From Patescibacteria group bacterium (GTDB lineage: Bacteria; Patescibacteriota; Patescibacteriia; 2-01-FULL-39-33): a stretch of DNA of 64,000 bases. The stretch spans positions 1,934 to 65,933 of the forward strand of contig JBAZMW010000002.1 of NCBI GenBank assembly GCA_041649575.1. The letters run 5' to 3'. The notes below the pieces were generated by a model. The model searched no databases. It was not told the DNA's origin and saw nothing but the letters and a program-made list of their open reading frames with translations. A program made the position numbers and the translations under genes. Positions 47,353 through 57,015 of this stretch are shown in pieces. Every line of letters starts with the position of its first letter. Within the stretch, counting starts at the first letter, position 1.

Positions 47353-48604
47353 TTGTTTTCCTCCTTTGTTGGGAGGGGGCGCGGCGATTATCGCCCAAAG
47401 ACTGTCTCTGGCCATGCAAAAAGCAGGTCATGAAATTTTTGTTTTTTCTATTTGCCAGAAGGAAGAAGACGCTGGCGAGCGGGAAGTGGATGGATTAAGA
47501 GTGTTCTTCTTGCGTGATCAATATAACCCAAAGTGGCGTGGCTGGCTATCTTTATACAACCGTAAAGTCCTCTCGGTTTTGGAAAAGCATTTGGCCGATT
47601 TTAGACCGGATGTGGTCCAGGCTCACAATATTCATTCCTATATTTCTTACGCTTGCTTGAAACTGTCAAAAAAATATTGCAGAAAGGTTTTTTTGACGGC
47701 TCATGATGTGGATATTTTTCATCAGGACAAATTTTTTAGTTATATCGATAGAAATAACTTAACAATTCCCAGCAGCTTCAATTACAAATTAACAATTATA
47801 GAAAGGATTAAACAGATCAAGCAAACCAAAAACCCTTTTAGGAGTTTAATTATTAAATATTACTTGAAAAACGTAAATCGGATTATTCCAGTCAGCCAGG
47901 CCCTGGAGCAGGCTTTAAAGCAGAATGGTATTACTAAATTGAGGGTCATCCATAACGGCATTGAGCCTGGTGAGGCCGTAGTTAACGCTAGAAGTCTGAT
48001 TAAAGAAAGATTTAATATTGATTTGGCAAAAAAAATAATTTTAATCGCCGGTCGGTTTGGCGGGTTAAAGGGCGGTGATTTGATTCTAAAGTATGTTCAG
48101 GAAATAAAAAAATCATTTAGTGATTTTGTTTTTGCCATCGCCAGCGATAAATATCAGTATAATGAAAATATTTTTAAGCAGGCCAAGGCCATGAACTTAT
48201 CGGAGCATCTGGTTTTTACCGGTTGGCTAAATTATAGCGAGTTGAGAATTCTATATTCCGGCTGTGATGTCTGTTTTATTCCCTCGGTTTGCTTTGACTC
48301 ATTTCCCAATGACAATTTGGAAGCCATGTCTTTTAAAAAGCCGGTCGTTGGCACTTGTTTCGGTGGCACGCCGGAAGCAGTGGTTGACGGCGAAACTGGC
48401 TACGTCGTTAATCCTTTTAATATACTTAAAGTTGCAGAAAAAATTGTAGAGTTATTAAATAATTCAACAAAAGCAGAAAAAATGGGGGAAGCTGGATTTA
48501 GAAGGGTAAAAGAGAAATTTAGTCTAAGTGAGCAGATAAACAAATATTTTACTGTTTTTTTTGAAGCTGCTATAAATAAAGAGTCAAATAAAAAGCCACA
48601 ATGA
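47330..48604 (+). CDS. GT4-family glycosyltransferase.
   Basis: MRIMVLTDCFPPLLGGGAAIIAQRLSLAM (Glyco_trans_4-like N-terminus). C-terminal DSFPNDNLEAMSFKKPVVGTCFGGTPEAVVDGETGYVV. Confidence 0.8.
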   Translation: MRIMVLTDCFPPLLGGGAAIIAQRLSLAMQKAGHEIFVFSICQKEEDAGEREVDGLRVFFLRDQYNPKWRGWLSLYNRKVLSVLEKHLADFRPDVVQAHNIHSYISYACLKLSKKYCRKVFLTAHDVDIFHQDKFFSYIDRNNLTIPSSFNYKLTIIERIKQIKQTKNPFRSLIIKYYLKNVNRIIPVSQALEQALKQNGITKLRVIHNGIEPGEAVVNARSLIKERFNIDLAKKIILIAGRFGGLKGGDLILKYVQEIKKSFSDFVFAIASDKYQYNENIFKQAKAMNLSEHLVFTGWLNYSELRILYSGCDVCFIPSVCFDSFPNDNLEAMSFKKPVVGTCFGGTPEAVVDGETGYVVNPFNILKVAEKIVELLNNSTKAEKMGEAGFRRVKEKFSLSEQINKYFTVFFEAAINKESNKKPQ

Positions 48605-50325
48605 AAAATCAGCTAATTAAAAAAATTATTTTTCCTCTATTTTTAATTTTTATTTTTATTGTCGCTATAGGTATTTGGTCTACCCCGATTCTATTTAAAG
48701 GCTATCCGGTTTCCCTAAGGAGCGTGGAAATTGTTTTAGCTAGAAATTTAGCCCAGAGCAGTGTTTATGGCTCGGAGAATGATTTAAATGTGGTAGTGGC
48801 GCCGGAACTCGTTAAGACCGAAGCTCATTACAGCTCTCAAGGCAACAAATTCAGTCCGATTTTTTGGTCAATGATTTTTAAGGCTTTAGGCCATCAAGAC
48901 TGGAATCATCTGATCATAATTTCTTTGATTATCAACGCTTTAAGTCTGATCTTTTTTACTCTCACCATCCGTTTTTTATTTGGTATGAAAACGGCCATGT
49001 TTTTCCCTTTTATTTATATTTTACTGCCATCAATCTGGCAGACTGCGGCCGTATCTTTGGGCGTCTATGAATTCAGCCTGTTATTTTTCTCTCTCTTCAC
49101 CTTATTTTATTTTTGGGGCGGTAAGCAAAAATTCAGTTATTTTTATCTAGTTCTGTCTGGTATCTTTATGATTTTTTCTTGTCTAGCCAAAGAAGTGATG
49201 TTTTTGTTTGTGCCGGTTTTTTTCTTTTGGCTTTTATTTTACAAAAAGAAAAAGGAATTATTGGCTGTCTTTATTCCTTTTTTTGTCTTACTAGCGATTT
49301 TTTGGCTGCCAACCATGTTGGGATTTAAGGGCCAGAATCATTACCGTAATTTCTTCGTCGTCAATTCTGCGCAAGAAGACAGTTATGCCGATTATCACTC
49401 TTTTGGTGAGTTTTGTCGCGATCCTTATACTTTTCATTTCGAACGCGAAGCAACCAAGATTAAGTTTGAACAAAAAATTAAACAGACGGAAAATGAAGGC
49501 GGCTGGCTTTATCTAGGAGCTTTGGCTAAAACCGGAGCTAATAATGCTATTAGAAATATTAGTTTTAGCGAGCGTCTATCGGAAGGGATGGTTTTATTAT
49601 TAAAGCATTTACTTCGCTACCTTTCCCTAGAAGATATTGGAGGGCCTTTTATCTTTTTATTAATGATAATCGGTTGGTGGCAATTAAAGAAAAAGGACGT
49701 TAAGCTTCATTATCTTCTTGGCGTCTGGCTAGTCGCTGTTCCATTTCTCCTAGCTTTTGTGGCCCTGGCTAGCCGTAATCATTTAGTTGACTTTGGTTTT
49801 GCCATTGCCGGCTTGGTCTCTTTGGGTCTGATTGGTATTTGGCAAACAACCAAAGACAGCTACTCTTCCGGCAAGTATGCTAAAATATTTTTTATTCTTG
49901 TAATTTTGCTGACTTTGTACGCCTTGTTTTTGGCTGGTCGTACTTTTTGGGGCAGGGCCTATGATAGTTCAAATACTTTAGAAATACAGTATCTAGCTAA
50001 AAAAACAAATGAAATACCAAATATTAGTCCTCGGGAGGTAATTGCTGGTGGCTGTGCTTGTTTTCAGCCAACTTTGAATTATTTGACTAATAAATCAGTG
50101 GTTTTTTTCCATCCCGATACTATCAGGGAACTAGTGGAAAAAAGAAAGTTACAGGCGGCTTTTGATAAATTTGGCGTTAAATATTTTATTGGTTATGATT
50201 CTCAAATTTCTAAACTGATAGCCGAAAACAGCAATGCGAAAAACATCGCCGCTTGGCCCGAAAAAAAAGAAGTTAATCTCCCTACCAGTTATAATAAGAG
50301 TTGGCTTCTTAATTTAATCAGATAA
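48601..50325 (+). CDS. Polytopic membrane protein, hypothetical (glycan polymerase / GT-C-like candidate).
   Basis: About 12 TM helices and a C-terminal soluble region. ATGA overlap with upstream GT4. Confidence 0.5.
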   Translation: MKNQLIKKIIFPLFLIFIFIVAIGIWSTPILFKGYPVSLRSVEIVLARNLAQSSVYGSENDLNVVVAPELVKTEAHYSSQGNKFSPIFWSMIFKALGHQDWNHLIIISLIINALSLIFFTLTIRFLFGMKTAMFFPFIYILLPSIWQTAAVSLGVYEFSLLFFSLFTLFYFWGGKQKFSYFYLVLSGIFMIFSCLAKEVMFLFVPVFFFWLLFYKKKKELLAVFIPFFVLLAIFWLPTMLGFKGQNHYRNFFVVNSAQEDSYADYHSFGEFCRDPYTFHFEREATKIKFEQKIKQTENEGGWLYLGALAKTGANNAIRNISFSERLSEGMVLLLKHLLRYLSLEDIGGPFIFLLMIIGWWQLKKKDVKLHYLLGVWLVAVPFLLAFVALASRNHLVDFGFAIAGLVSLGLIGIWQTTKDSYSSGKYAKIFFILVILLTLYALFLAGRTFWGRAYDSSNTLEIQYLAKKTNEIPNISPREVIAGGCACFQPTLNYLTNKSVVFFHPDTIRELVEKRKLQAAFDKFGVKYFIGYDSQISKLIAENSNAKNIAAWPEKKEVNLPTSYNKSWLLNLIR

Positions 50326-50329
50326 AAAG

Positions 50330-51346
50330 ATGATTGATTTTAAAAATCTACCTCAAGTTGCCGGCAATATCCTTAAAGCGAGGATTGGCCATCGCGTTCC
50401 TCTGAAAGTCACCCAGTATGTGACTTATCGTTGCAATTTAGCTTGTGGTTTTTGCGGGCGTCGTTATTTGAAAACGTCAGAAATGGCCACCGAGCAGATT
50501 AAAAAATGCATGGATGAGTTTAAGAAAATGGGTACGATTTTTTGGTCTTTTAACGGCGGTGAGCCGCTGCTGCGTCCGGACATTGGGGAATTAATTAATT
50601 ATTCCCAAAAATTAGGATTCAAGTGTTCCATTATGACTAATGGCACCTTAATTCCGGAAAAAATAGAGCAGTTGAAAGGCTTGGATTTAGTCGAAGTCAG
50701 TCTCGATGGTCCCGAGGAAATAAATGACGCCATTAGGGGTCAGGGCACCTTTAAAAAAGTTATCAAGGCGATAGAAATATTAAGGGCTAATAACATCTTG
50801 GTCTGTATTGATTCGGTTATCAACAGCACCAACCTCGATTATTTAGACGAGCTTTGGAAAATAAGCGAAAAATACGGTACTCAATTGGAGTTTCAGCCGG
50901 TTATTATCCATAGTGGTGATCAAGAAAAAAAAGCGGCTCAATATTTTCCGGCCAAGGAAAAATTTTTGGTGGCGATTAACTGGTTAATCGCTCAAAAGAG
51001 ACAAGGCCGTAAAATTAACAACTCTTTTTCTTATTTAGAACAACTAAAAAGTTATCCAGATCTGCCCATGTCTTTAGACTGCTGGGCGTCTTATCTTTTT
51101 TGTGTCATCACTCCCGATGGCTTTGTGGCGCCTTGCGCCGTTATGCTTGATGAACAGGAGAAATTCAAAAATGGCCTGGAAGTTAGTTTTGAAAAAGCTT
51201 TTTATAGTCTACCGGATCTTAAAAAATGTCGTCGTTGTTTTTTTAGTTGTTATGGGGAATATAACTGTGCGCTTAATTCATTAACTAAAACCGGATTAAA
51301 GTTTATCAAAAATAAAATATTGGGTAGCGGTTGGTTTTGGCAGTAA
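50330..51346 (+). CDS. Radical SAM protein with a C-terminal SPASM/twitch-like Cys-rich domain.
   Basis: VTYRCNLACGFCGRRY (CX3CX2C). C-terminal CWASYLFCV...APCAV...CRRCFFSCYGEYNC. Confidence 0.8.
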   Translation: MIDFKNLPQVAGNILKARIGHRVPLKVTQYVTYRCNLACGFCGRRYLKTSEMATEQIKKCMDEFKKMGTIFWSFNGGEPLLRPDIGELINYSQKLGFKCSIMTNGTLIPEKIEQLKGLDLVEVSLDGPEEINDAIRGQGTFKKVIKAIEILRANNILVCIDSVINSTNLDYLDELWKISEKYGTQLEFQPVIIHSGDQEKKAAQYFPAKEKFLVAINWLIAQKRQGRKINNSFSYLEQLKSYPDLPMSLDCWASYLFCVITPDGFVAPCAVMLDEQEKFKNGLEVSFEKAFYSLPDLKKCRRCFFSCYGEYNCALNSLTKTGLKFIKNKILGSGWFWQ

Positions 51347-51347
51347 T

Positions 51348-52337
51348 TTATTTTTTTTGCCAAAAAAAGAAGATGTCTGCGTACATATTCCAAACATCAC
51401 ACTTGGCGCAGATGGAAATCTGGTCATACTTACCTTGAAGATGAAGTTGCCTATATTTTTTTATCAATTCTGAATTCCAAATTTTATTAACGGTTTGGTC
51501 ACTGGCGTTTCCCAAGACGCCCACTCTGGCTAGGTCGTCGCAACAAATGGAGACATCGCCGTTAAAATGGACAGCCGGGGAAAACCACAGATGATAACAA
51601 GGATATCTTTTGTGATTTTTTCTGACATGGCTTTTTGCCACGTTGCCGCCATAATTGTGTTGGTCTCGCAGTTCGATGATGACTTTTTCGTTTTGCCATT
51701 TGGAAATGAAGTTTTTTGCCTGCGATTGCGTGTCATCGTCAACAATCATCCGGACAAAAATTTTTGGTTTTGCCGCCCGCCCCTTAATTTTTATCAGCTC
51801 TTTGACGTTTTTTTCCACTTCATCTAGTTTGTCCACCCCGGTTTTTTCGCGGTAGGTTTGCGCTTCCGGGCTTAGGAAACTAATGGAAACCTTGTCAATC
51901 CCGATTCTAACAATCTGTTCTGCGATGGTCGGAGACAGTAGAGATCCGTTGGTGGTTAAGGAAATGCTGTTTCGCCGATTTTTTTCTTTGATGTATTTGG
52001 CCATCTCCATGAGCCGTGGGTTAATCAGCGGTTCACCAGACAAATGGAGAGAAAAATTTCTCGGGCCATAATTGGCCGCCTCATTAACTATCTTTTTAAA
52101 AAAATCAAAATCCATACTACCGATCAGGGTTTTGCCGGTTATCCGGGCGCAGATGCGGCAATTGAAATTACAAACAGAGGTCGATTCCAAAAAAATATGT
52201 TGAGGGAAATCATAATTGATCATCCTTTGGACAAAGACTTTTTTAAACCAGCTAAGAGGCGGGAAATTACTCCAATCATCTAGTTTTTTGACGTTGATTT
52301 TAGAATTTAGATAGCTGAAAAAATCATTTTTAGTCAT
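51348..52337 (-). CDS. Radical SAM protein with a C-terminal SPASM-like domain.
   Basis: ESTSVCNFNCRICAR cluster. C-terminal ...CCDDLARVGVLGN...ICAKCDVW. Convergent with 50330-51346; the two stops are separated by 1 nt. Confidence 0.8.
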   Translation of the reverse strand: MTKNDFFSYLNSKINVKKLDDWSNFPPLSWFKKVFVQRMINYDFPQHIFLESTSVCNFNCRICARITGKTLIGSMDFDFFKKIVNEAANYGPRNFSLHLSGEPLINPRLMEMAKYIKEKNRRNSISLTTNGSLLSPTIAEQIVRIGIDKVSISFLSPEAQTYREKTGVDKLDEVEKNVKELIKIKGRAAKPKIFVRMIVDDDTQSQAKNFISKWQNEKVIIELRDQHNYGGNVAKSHVRKNHKRYPCYHLWFSPAVHFNGDVSICCDDLARVGVLGNASDQTVNKIWNSELIKKYRQLHLQGKYDQISICAKCDVWNMYADIFFFWQKK

Positions 52338-54727
52338 GGAGATGGGTTTATTTTTTTAAAAGGCACTGGTTTAAAGATGGTCATAATTGCTCCCCATAAG
52401 CTGGTTAGGATAAAATTAAGCAGAATAATTTCAGATAGTAGTACCAGTGATTCAGTGGATTTTACCAGCGGCCCCAAAAGAATAATAAGCGCGGCCTCTC
52501 TGGTGCCGATACCCAGAAAAGATATGGGCAGCAGGCTTAGAAAGGAAGCGATCGCGACAGAGGTTATCAGTTCAGGAAAACTGACGACGGTTAAATTTAT
52601 AGCCTGGCCGAAAAAGTAAATCTGTCCCGAATAAATTACCCAAGAAAGAGCCGTGATCAAAAATCCTATAAAATACGTTTTGTAATTGTAGGTTTTTAGG
52701 CCGGTTTTAAAACTATTAATCTCGCTAGTCAGGCCAGCAGGCATCAGCCGATAAAATATTTTTTCAATAAATTTTCTAAAAAATTTATTTTTTATGGCCA
52801 GCAGCGCCGCCAGAATCAGCAGGATGATTACAAGGTAGAGTAGAAAGAATTTTTCCAAATAACGACTGAAAAAGAAAATCAAACCAACTAAGCTAAATAG
52901 TAGTAAAAAAAATAAATCAAACAATCTATCCATAATAACGCTTACCAGAGACTCTCCTGATTTATAGCCTTTGGCTTTCAAATAATAAATTTTGATCAGT
53001 TCGGCGATCCGGCCGGGCGTAACGGAAGCAAAACCCAAGGCCGCGATATAGATTTTAAATGATTCCATTATTTTGTAAACAATGCCTTGTTTTTTCTTAA
53101 GATAATTCCAACGCCAGGCCCTTACAAAAAGGTAAGGAACAGTTAAAAGCATGCCGAATAGCATAAGGGCATAGTTCATGGTTTTTAAAAGCTGGATCGT
53201 GGCCGTCCAGTTGATTTCCTTGGCAATAATAACAACCAGAACCAAACTAATTAGAAAATAATATTTTTTGGAAATAGTTTTCAACGGCCGATAAAAGGGA
53301 GAGTTTTTAATGATCAATTTCAAAAGCTTGATTCCCGCCCGTAAATTATTTTTTAAATTATTCCAACTGCGCAATTCTAAAATTCTTCTTAAAATATAAC
53401 GTGGCGCAAGGTAATATGAGCGGTAGGCGGCAATCACCATGGAAAACAGTTCCTTTCGGGAAAAAGTTTCGTCCCAAACCGGCGGCAGAAAATCTGGTTT
53501 AGGGTCGAGCGCGAATTTTTGCCAGAAATCTTCTTTAAAAACGCCTTCTTTTTTCCCCATTAGATATAAATCAGTAGCCGCGGGAAACAAGGTTAGCACA
53601 GAAAAGTGGACATAGTCGGGAAAAAGTTTTTTGGCTAATTTGATCGTTGCTTTGATATCGGCTTCAGTTTCATGAGGCGAACCGATCATAAAATACCCGG
53701 CCGTTTCTATGCCCGCCTTTTTCGTCAGGGCAAAAGCCTTTTTGACCATGGGCATAGAGATATCTTTTCTTAATATTTTGAGGATTTTTTCCGTACCCGC
53801 TTCAACACCGTAGTGGATTCTGGTGCAGCTAGCCTTTTTCATTAATTTTAACAACTCTTCATCCACGGTGTTGACCCTAGCTCTCACATCCCAATTTATT
53901 TTTAATCCCTTTTGGATAATGAGGCGGCAGATATCTATCACTCGTTGGCGGTCAATGGTAAAAGTGTCGTCGTAAATGAAGATTTCTTTAATGCCTAATT
54001 TTTTTATCTCTTCCATTTCCGCGACCACATTGGGAGCGCTCCGAGCCCTGAAAGCCTTGCCCATGTGCGGCCGATCGCAGAACAGGCATTGGTAGGGGCA
54101 GCCACGCGAGGTGAACATAATGGTCGTGGGATTTTTCTGGGCTACTATGGAGTAATATTTTTTGTAAGGAGTGAGTTCTCTGGCTGGAAAGGGCAAAGAA
54201 TCCAAATCTTGAATTAATTCCCTTTTTCCAGTATTGATAATCTTCCCACCTTCCTTAAAAATCAGTCCTTTGATGTTTTTTGTTTTTTCCGGATTATCAA
54301 GATTATCAAGTAATTCGGCTAAGGCTATCTCGCCTTCACCTACCACCAGATAGTCAACAAAATCGTTATTAATGGTTTCTTCTGGATAAAGATAGGTATG
54401 AGGTCCGCCCAATATTATTTTTATCTGCGGGTTGGCTTTCCTCACGGCCTGGGCGATTAGGTAAACATCGATTAAGGAAAAAGTCAAAACCGTGATGCCG
54501 ATTGCATCAGGATCCTCGGCCACAATCCTGGAAACAATTTCCTCATTGCTGATGTCCTCCATCGGACAATCCAGCACTTTTACCTGGTGAGGAGTATTTT
54601 TTTGTAGGTAGCCGGCCAAATATAAAAGACTTAGAGGCGGTAAAAAATCCATGCCCGATTCCAGTTCTTTGGGCATGTCGCTTTCAATTATTTTGGCGAG
54701 CGGCGGGTTAATTAAGAGTATTTTCAT
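52334..54727 (-). CDS. Fusion protein: B12-binding radical SAM domain (aa 1-~470) plus a C-terminal flippase-like membrane domain (UPF0104 / lysyl-PG-synthase-TM-like).
   Basis: MKILLINPPL. TSRGCPYQCLFCDRPH. C-terminal ~310 aa with ~8 TM helices and the repeated VTPGRIAE / GIGTREAAL motifs typical of PF03706-type flippase-like domains. Confidence 0.75.
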   Translation of the reverse strand: MKILLINPPLAKIIESDMPKELESGMDFLPPLSLLYLAGYLQKNTPHQVKVLDCPMEDISNEEIVSRIVAEDPDAIGITVLTFSLIDVYLIAQAVRKANPQIKIILGGPHTYLYPEETINNDFVDYLVVGEGEIALAELLDNLDNPEKTKNIKGLIFKEGGKIINTGKRELIQDLDSLPFPARELTPYKKYYSIVAQKNPTTIMFTSRGCPYQCLFCDRPHMGKAFRARSAPNVVAEMEEIKKLGIKEIFIYDDTFTIDRQRVIDICRLIIQKGLKINWDVRARVNTVDEELLKLMKKASCTRIHYGVEAGTEKILKILRKDISMPMVKKAFALTKKAGIETAGYFMIGSPHETEADIKATIKLAKKLFPDYVHFSVLTLFPAATDLYLMGKKEGVFKEDFWQKFALDPKPDFLPPVWDETFSRKELFSMVIAAYRSYYLAPRYILRRILELRSWNNLKNNLRAGIKLLKLIIKNSPFYRPLKTISKKYYFLISLVLVVIIAKEINWTATIQLLKTMNYALMLFGMLLTVPYLFVRAWRWNYLKKKQGIVYKIMESFKIYIAALGFASVTPGRIAELIKIYYLKAKGYKSGESLVSVIMDRLFDLFFLLLFSLVGLIFFFSRYLEKFFLLYLVIILLILAALLAIKNKFFRKFIEKIFYRLMPAGLTSEINSFKTGLKTYNYKTYFIGFLITALSWVIYSGQIYFFGQAINLTVVSFPELITSVAIASFLSLLPISFLGIGTREAALIILLGPLVKSTESLVLLSEIILLNFILTSLWGAIMTIFKPVPFKKINPSP

Positions 54728-56166
54728 TTATTTTTTGGCTTTGGTTTAAATAGAATTCGTCCTAATATTAGCATACCCAAAAATACGGTTTTTATTCCGT
54801 CCCAGGAATTAAGTTGTTTTAATTTGCGAATAATATATTTTGGTCTGAGATAAAACTCGCGGAAGGCTCTTTTTTGCCAATAGACTAGATCGGCTGGCGT
54901 CAGGCTTCTCTGAACCGGCAGAGGCGCCGTATTGCTTAAAGGAGCGAATCTTTCCCAGGGGGTGTCTTTGGAAATAAGGCCTTCTTTTTGGGCGTAGTAG
55001 TACAAATCAGAGCCAGGCACGGGACAGGTGATGAAAAAAGTGGCGTTATCTAAATCTAGGCTTTTGGCAAAATCAATAGTTTCTCTTATGGTTTCTTCGG
55101 TTTCGCCAATATTGCCGAGCATGAAACTGGCGTGCGCCAAGATGCCGTGGCGTCTGGCGATACTGATGGCGCGTTTTCCAATCTCGGTGGTAGTTTGTTT
55201 GCGCATCAAGCTTAGCACTTTTTGCGAGCCCGACTCCAGCCCAAAAGATATTTTTTTGCATCCGGCTTTAGCCATTATTTCCGCCAGTTCGTCGCTGATT
55301 GTATCGGCTCTAGAGGAACAGATCCAGGCGATGGGCAGTTTTTTGTCAATTATTTTCTGGCAGATTTCAAATGCCCTGGGCCGGTTTAAGGTAAAGTTAT
55401 CATCCAAGATGTTAAATTCTTTGATGTTGAATTTATTAATGCATTCTTCGATCTCCGCAATAACGTTGTCAGCGCTCCGGTATCGCAGGCGACGTTGCCA
55501 AATACTTTTGGAAACACAATGCACACAATCGAAGTTGCAACCTCGGCTGGTTTGTAAGGGGGAACACTGTTCCTCGGTCAGTTTCTTGGTGGGAGCGGAA
55601 TAATATAATTTTAGGTCGAATAAATCACGGGCAGGAAAGGGGATATCGTCTAAATTTTGAATCATCTGGCGGGGCGGGTTGTTTATTATTTCCCCCCGGC
55701 GTTTAAAGTATAAACCGTTTATTTTTTCAAAATCGGTTTTTTTATCCGAAAGAGTTTTAACTAATTCATAAAAAGTTTCTTCTCCCTCACCAATGACCGC
55801 AAAGTCGACGTAAGGATTACTCATCACTTCTTGAGGTAAGATGGTGGGATGAGTGCCGCCAAGAACCGTGACACAATTTAATAATTCTAAGTCTTCTTTA
55901 ATGATCCGGCAGATTTCGAGAACATGGTTAATCGTCGGCGAGAGGCAGGTGAAGCCGACGATATCTGGTTTTTCCTTGGCCAAAAAATTTTTTATTTCTT
56001 CATAGCCCAAGGCCATGGCTTCCGTGTCGAGGATTTTTATTTCACAGTCGATTTTGGCACGCAAATAGCCGGCCAGGTAGGCCAGATTAAACGGCATGGC
56101 GTGGCCGCCAGATTCTTTCATGCCCTCGAAGTTTATGTAGGGAGGGTTAACAAGTATGATCTTCAT
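54724..56166 (-). CDS. B12-binding domain radical SAM protein.
   Basis: MKIILVNPPYINF. TSRGCNFDCVHCVSK. ATGA overlap with the downstream gene. Confidence 0.85.
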   Translation of the reverse strand: MKIILVNPPYINFEGMKESGGHAMPFNLAYLAGYLRAKIDCEIKILDTEAMALGYEEIKNFLAKEKPDIVGFTCLSPTINHVLEICRIIKEDLELLNCVTVLGGTHPTILPQEVMSNPYVDFAVIGEGEETFYELVKTLSDKKTDFEKINGLYFKRRGEIINNPPRQMIQNLDDIPFPARDLFDLKLYYSAPTKKLTEEQCSPLQTSRGCNFDCVHCVSKSIWQRRLRYRSADNVIAEIEECINKFNIKEFNILDDNFTLNRPRAFEICQKIIDKKLPIAWICSSRADTISDELAEIMAKAGCKKISFGLESGSQKVLSLMRKQTTTEIGKRAISIARRHGILAHASFMLGNIGETEETIRETIDFAKSLDLDNATFFITCPVPGSDLYYYAQKEGLISKDTPWERFAPLSNTAPLPVQRSLTPADLVYWQKRAFREFYLRPKYIIRKLKQLNSWDGIKTVFLGMLILGRILFKPKPKNK

Positions 56167-56184
56167 ATGCTTTTGATTTTTATT

Positions 56185-57015
56185 CTAAAGATTATAATTT
56201 TCTATTGACAGGCAGTCAAAATTTTTTAAAACGTAATTTAATTTTTTCCAAGTTTTTTGCGCCTGGCCGTATTTGATGATTTTTCTAATTTTAGGCATCT
56301 TGAAATCAGGCGGCTCGCCCAGAAAATCAAAAGGGTGGAAATAAAGACAGGCTGGATTGTTTTTAAGTTTGAGCCGAAGCAATTTTCTAAACACGAACCA
56401 GGGGATAATTCTTAAATAGACACCACCCGCAATGGGAATTCTTATTAGCTTACCGTCAAAAACAGCCAAGGGCATTTCTTTGATGCCGTTTATCTGGTAA
56501 GGGTTGATTTCCCCTTTTTTGTGGCCGTAATTTCTGCTTTTAAAAAATTTAAAAATAAAGTTTGGCAGACTAAAAGGGAATAGAGAAGAATCAAACTTGA
56601 TACCTTTTGACGCCAGCACAGGTAGTGCCCAAAAAGTAGAAGAATCCAAAGAAAAATTGACAGCGCGGTGGCTGACCGGTCTTTTGCTGGTCAGGGCTGT
56701 AATCTTGTCCACCAAAATTTCTATTTCTTTTTTAAAGTTGTCGGAATTTTTCTGCCAAAGCGGCCGGTGATCCAGGGAGTGCAGGCCGATTTCTTGACCA
56801 GCGTCATTTATTTTTTTAATTAGGTTTGGCTCGTTTTCTATAACTTTTCCGGTCACAAAAAAAGTGGCCGTTGCTTTGTTATTTTTTAATAGCGGTAGAA
56901 TTTTTTCCGTAAAGCTTTCCAGGTTTTCCCGTTCGTTGCCCTTAAGATATCTTTGCAAAGACAAAGATTCAAACCAATATTCCAGGTCAAAAGTTAGAAT
57001 TACTGGATTCATCAC
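56185..57015 (-). CDS. Polysaccharide deacetylase-family protein (CE4-like, DUF3473-type; ArnD-like).
   Basis: ILTFDLEYWF. TATFFVTGKVIENEPNLIKKINDAGQEIGLHSLDHRPL. Confidence 0.6.
   Translation of the reverse strand: MMNPVILTFDLEYWFESLSLQRYLKGNERENLESFTEKILPLLKNNKATATFFVTGKVIENEPNLIKKINDAGQEIGLHSLDHRPLWQKNSDNFKKEIEILVDKITALTSKRPVSHRAVNFSLDSSTFWALPVLASKGIKFDSSLFPFSLPNFIFKFFKSRNYGHKKGEINPYQINGIKEMPLAVFDGKLIRIPIAGGVYLRIIPWFVFRKLLRLKLKNNPACLYFHPFDFLGEPPDFKMPKIRKIIKYGQAQKTWKKLNYVLKNFDCLSIENYNL

Noticed and set aside
51340-51375. T8-GCC-A8 quasi-palindrome between the convergent SPASM rSAM genes as a bidirectional terminator.
   Set aside because: The stem would be pure A:T with a 3-nt loop. Too weak to call a terminator, though it may contribute to 3'-end formation.
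55028-55603. 191-aa plus-strand ORF inside the minus-strand B12-rSAM gene 54724-56166.
   Set aside because: Antisense to a strongly supported radical SAM gene. Low-complexity Ser/Leu-rich product with no start context.
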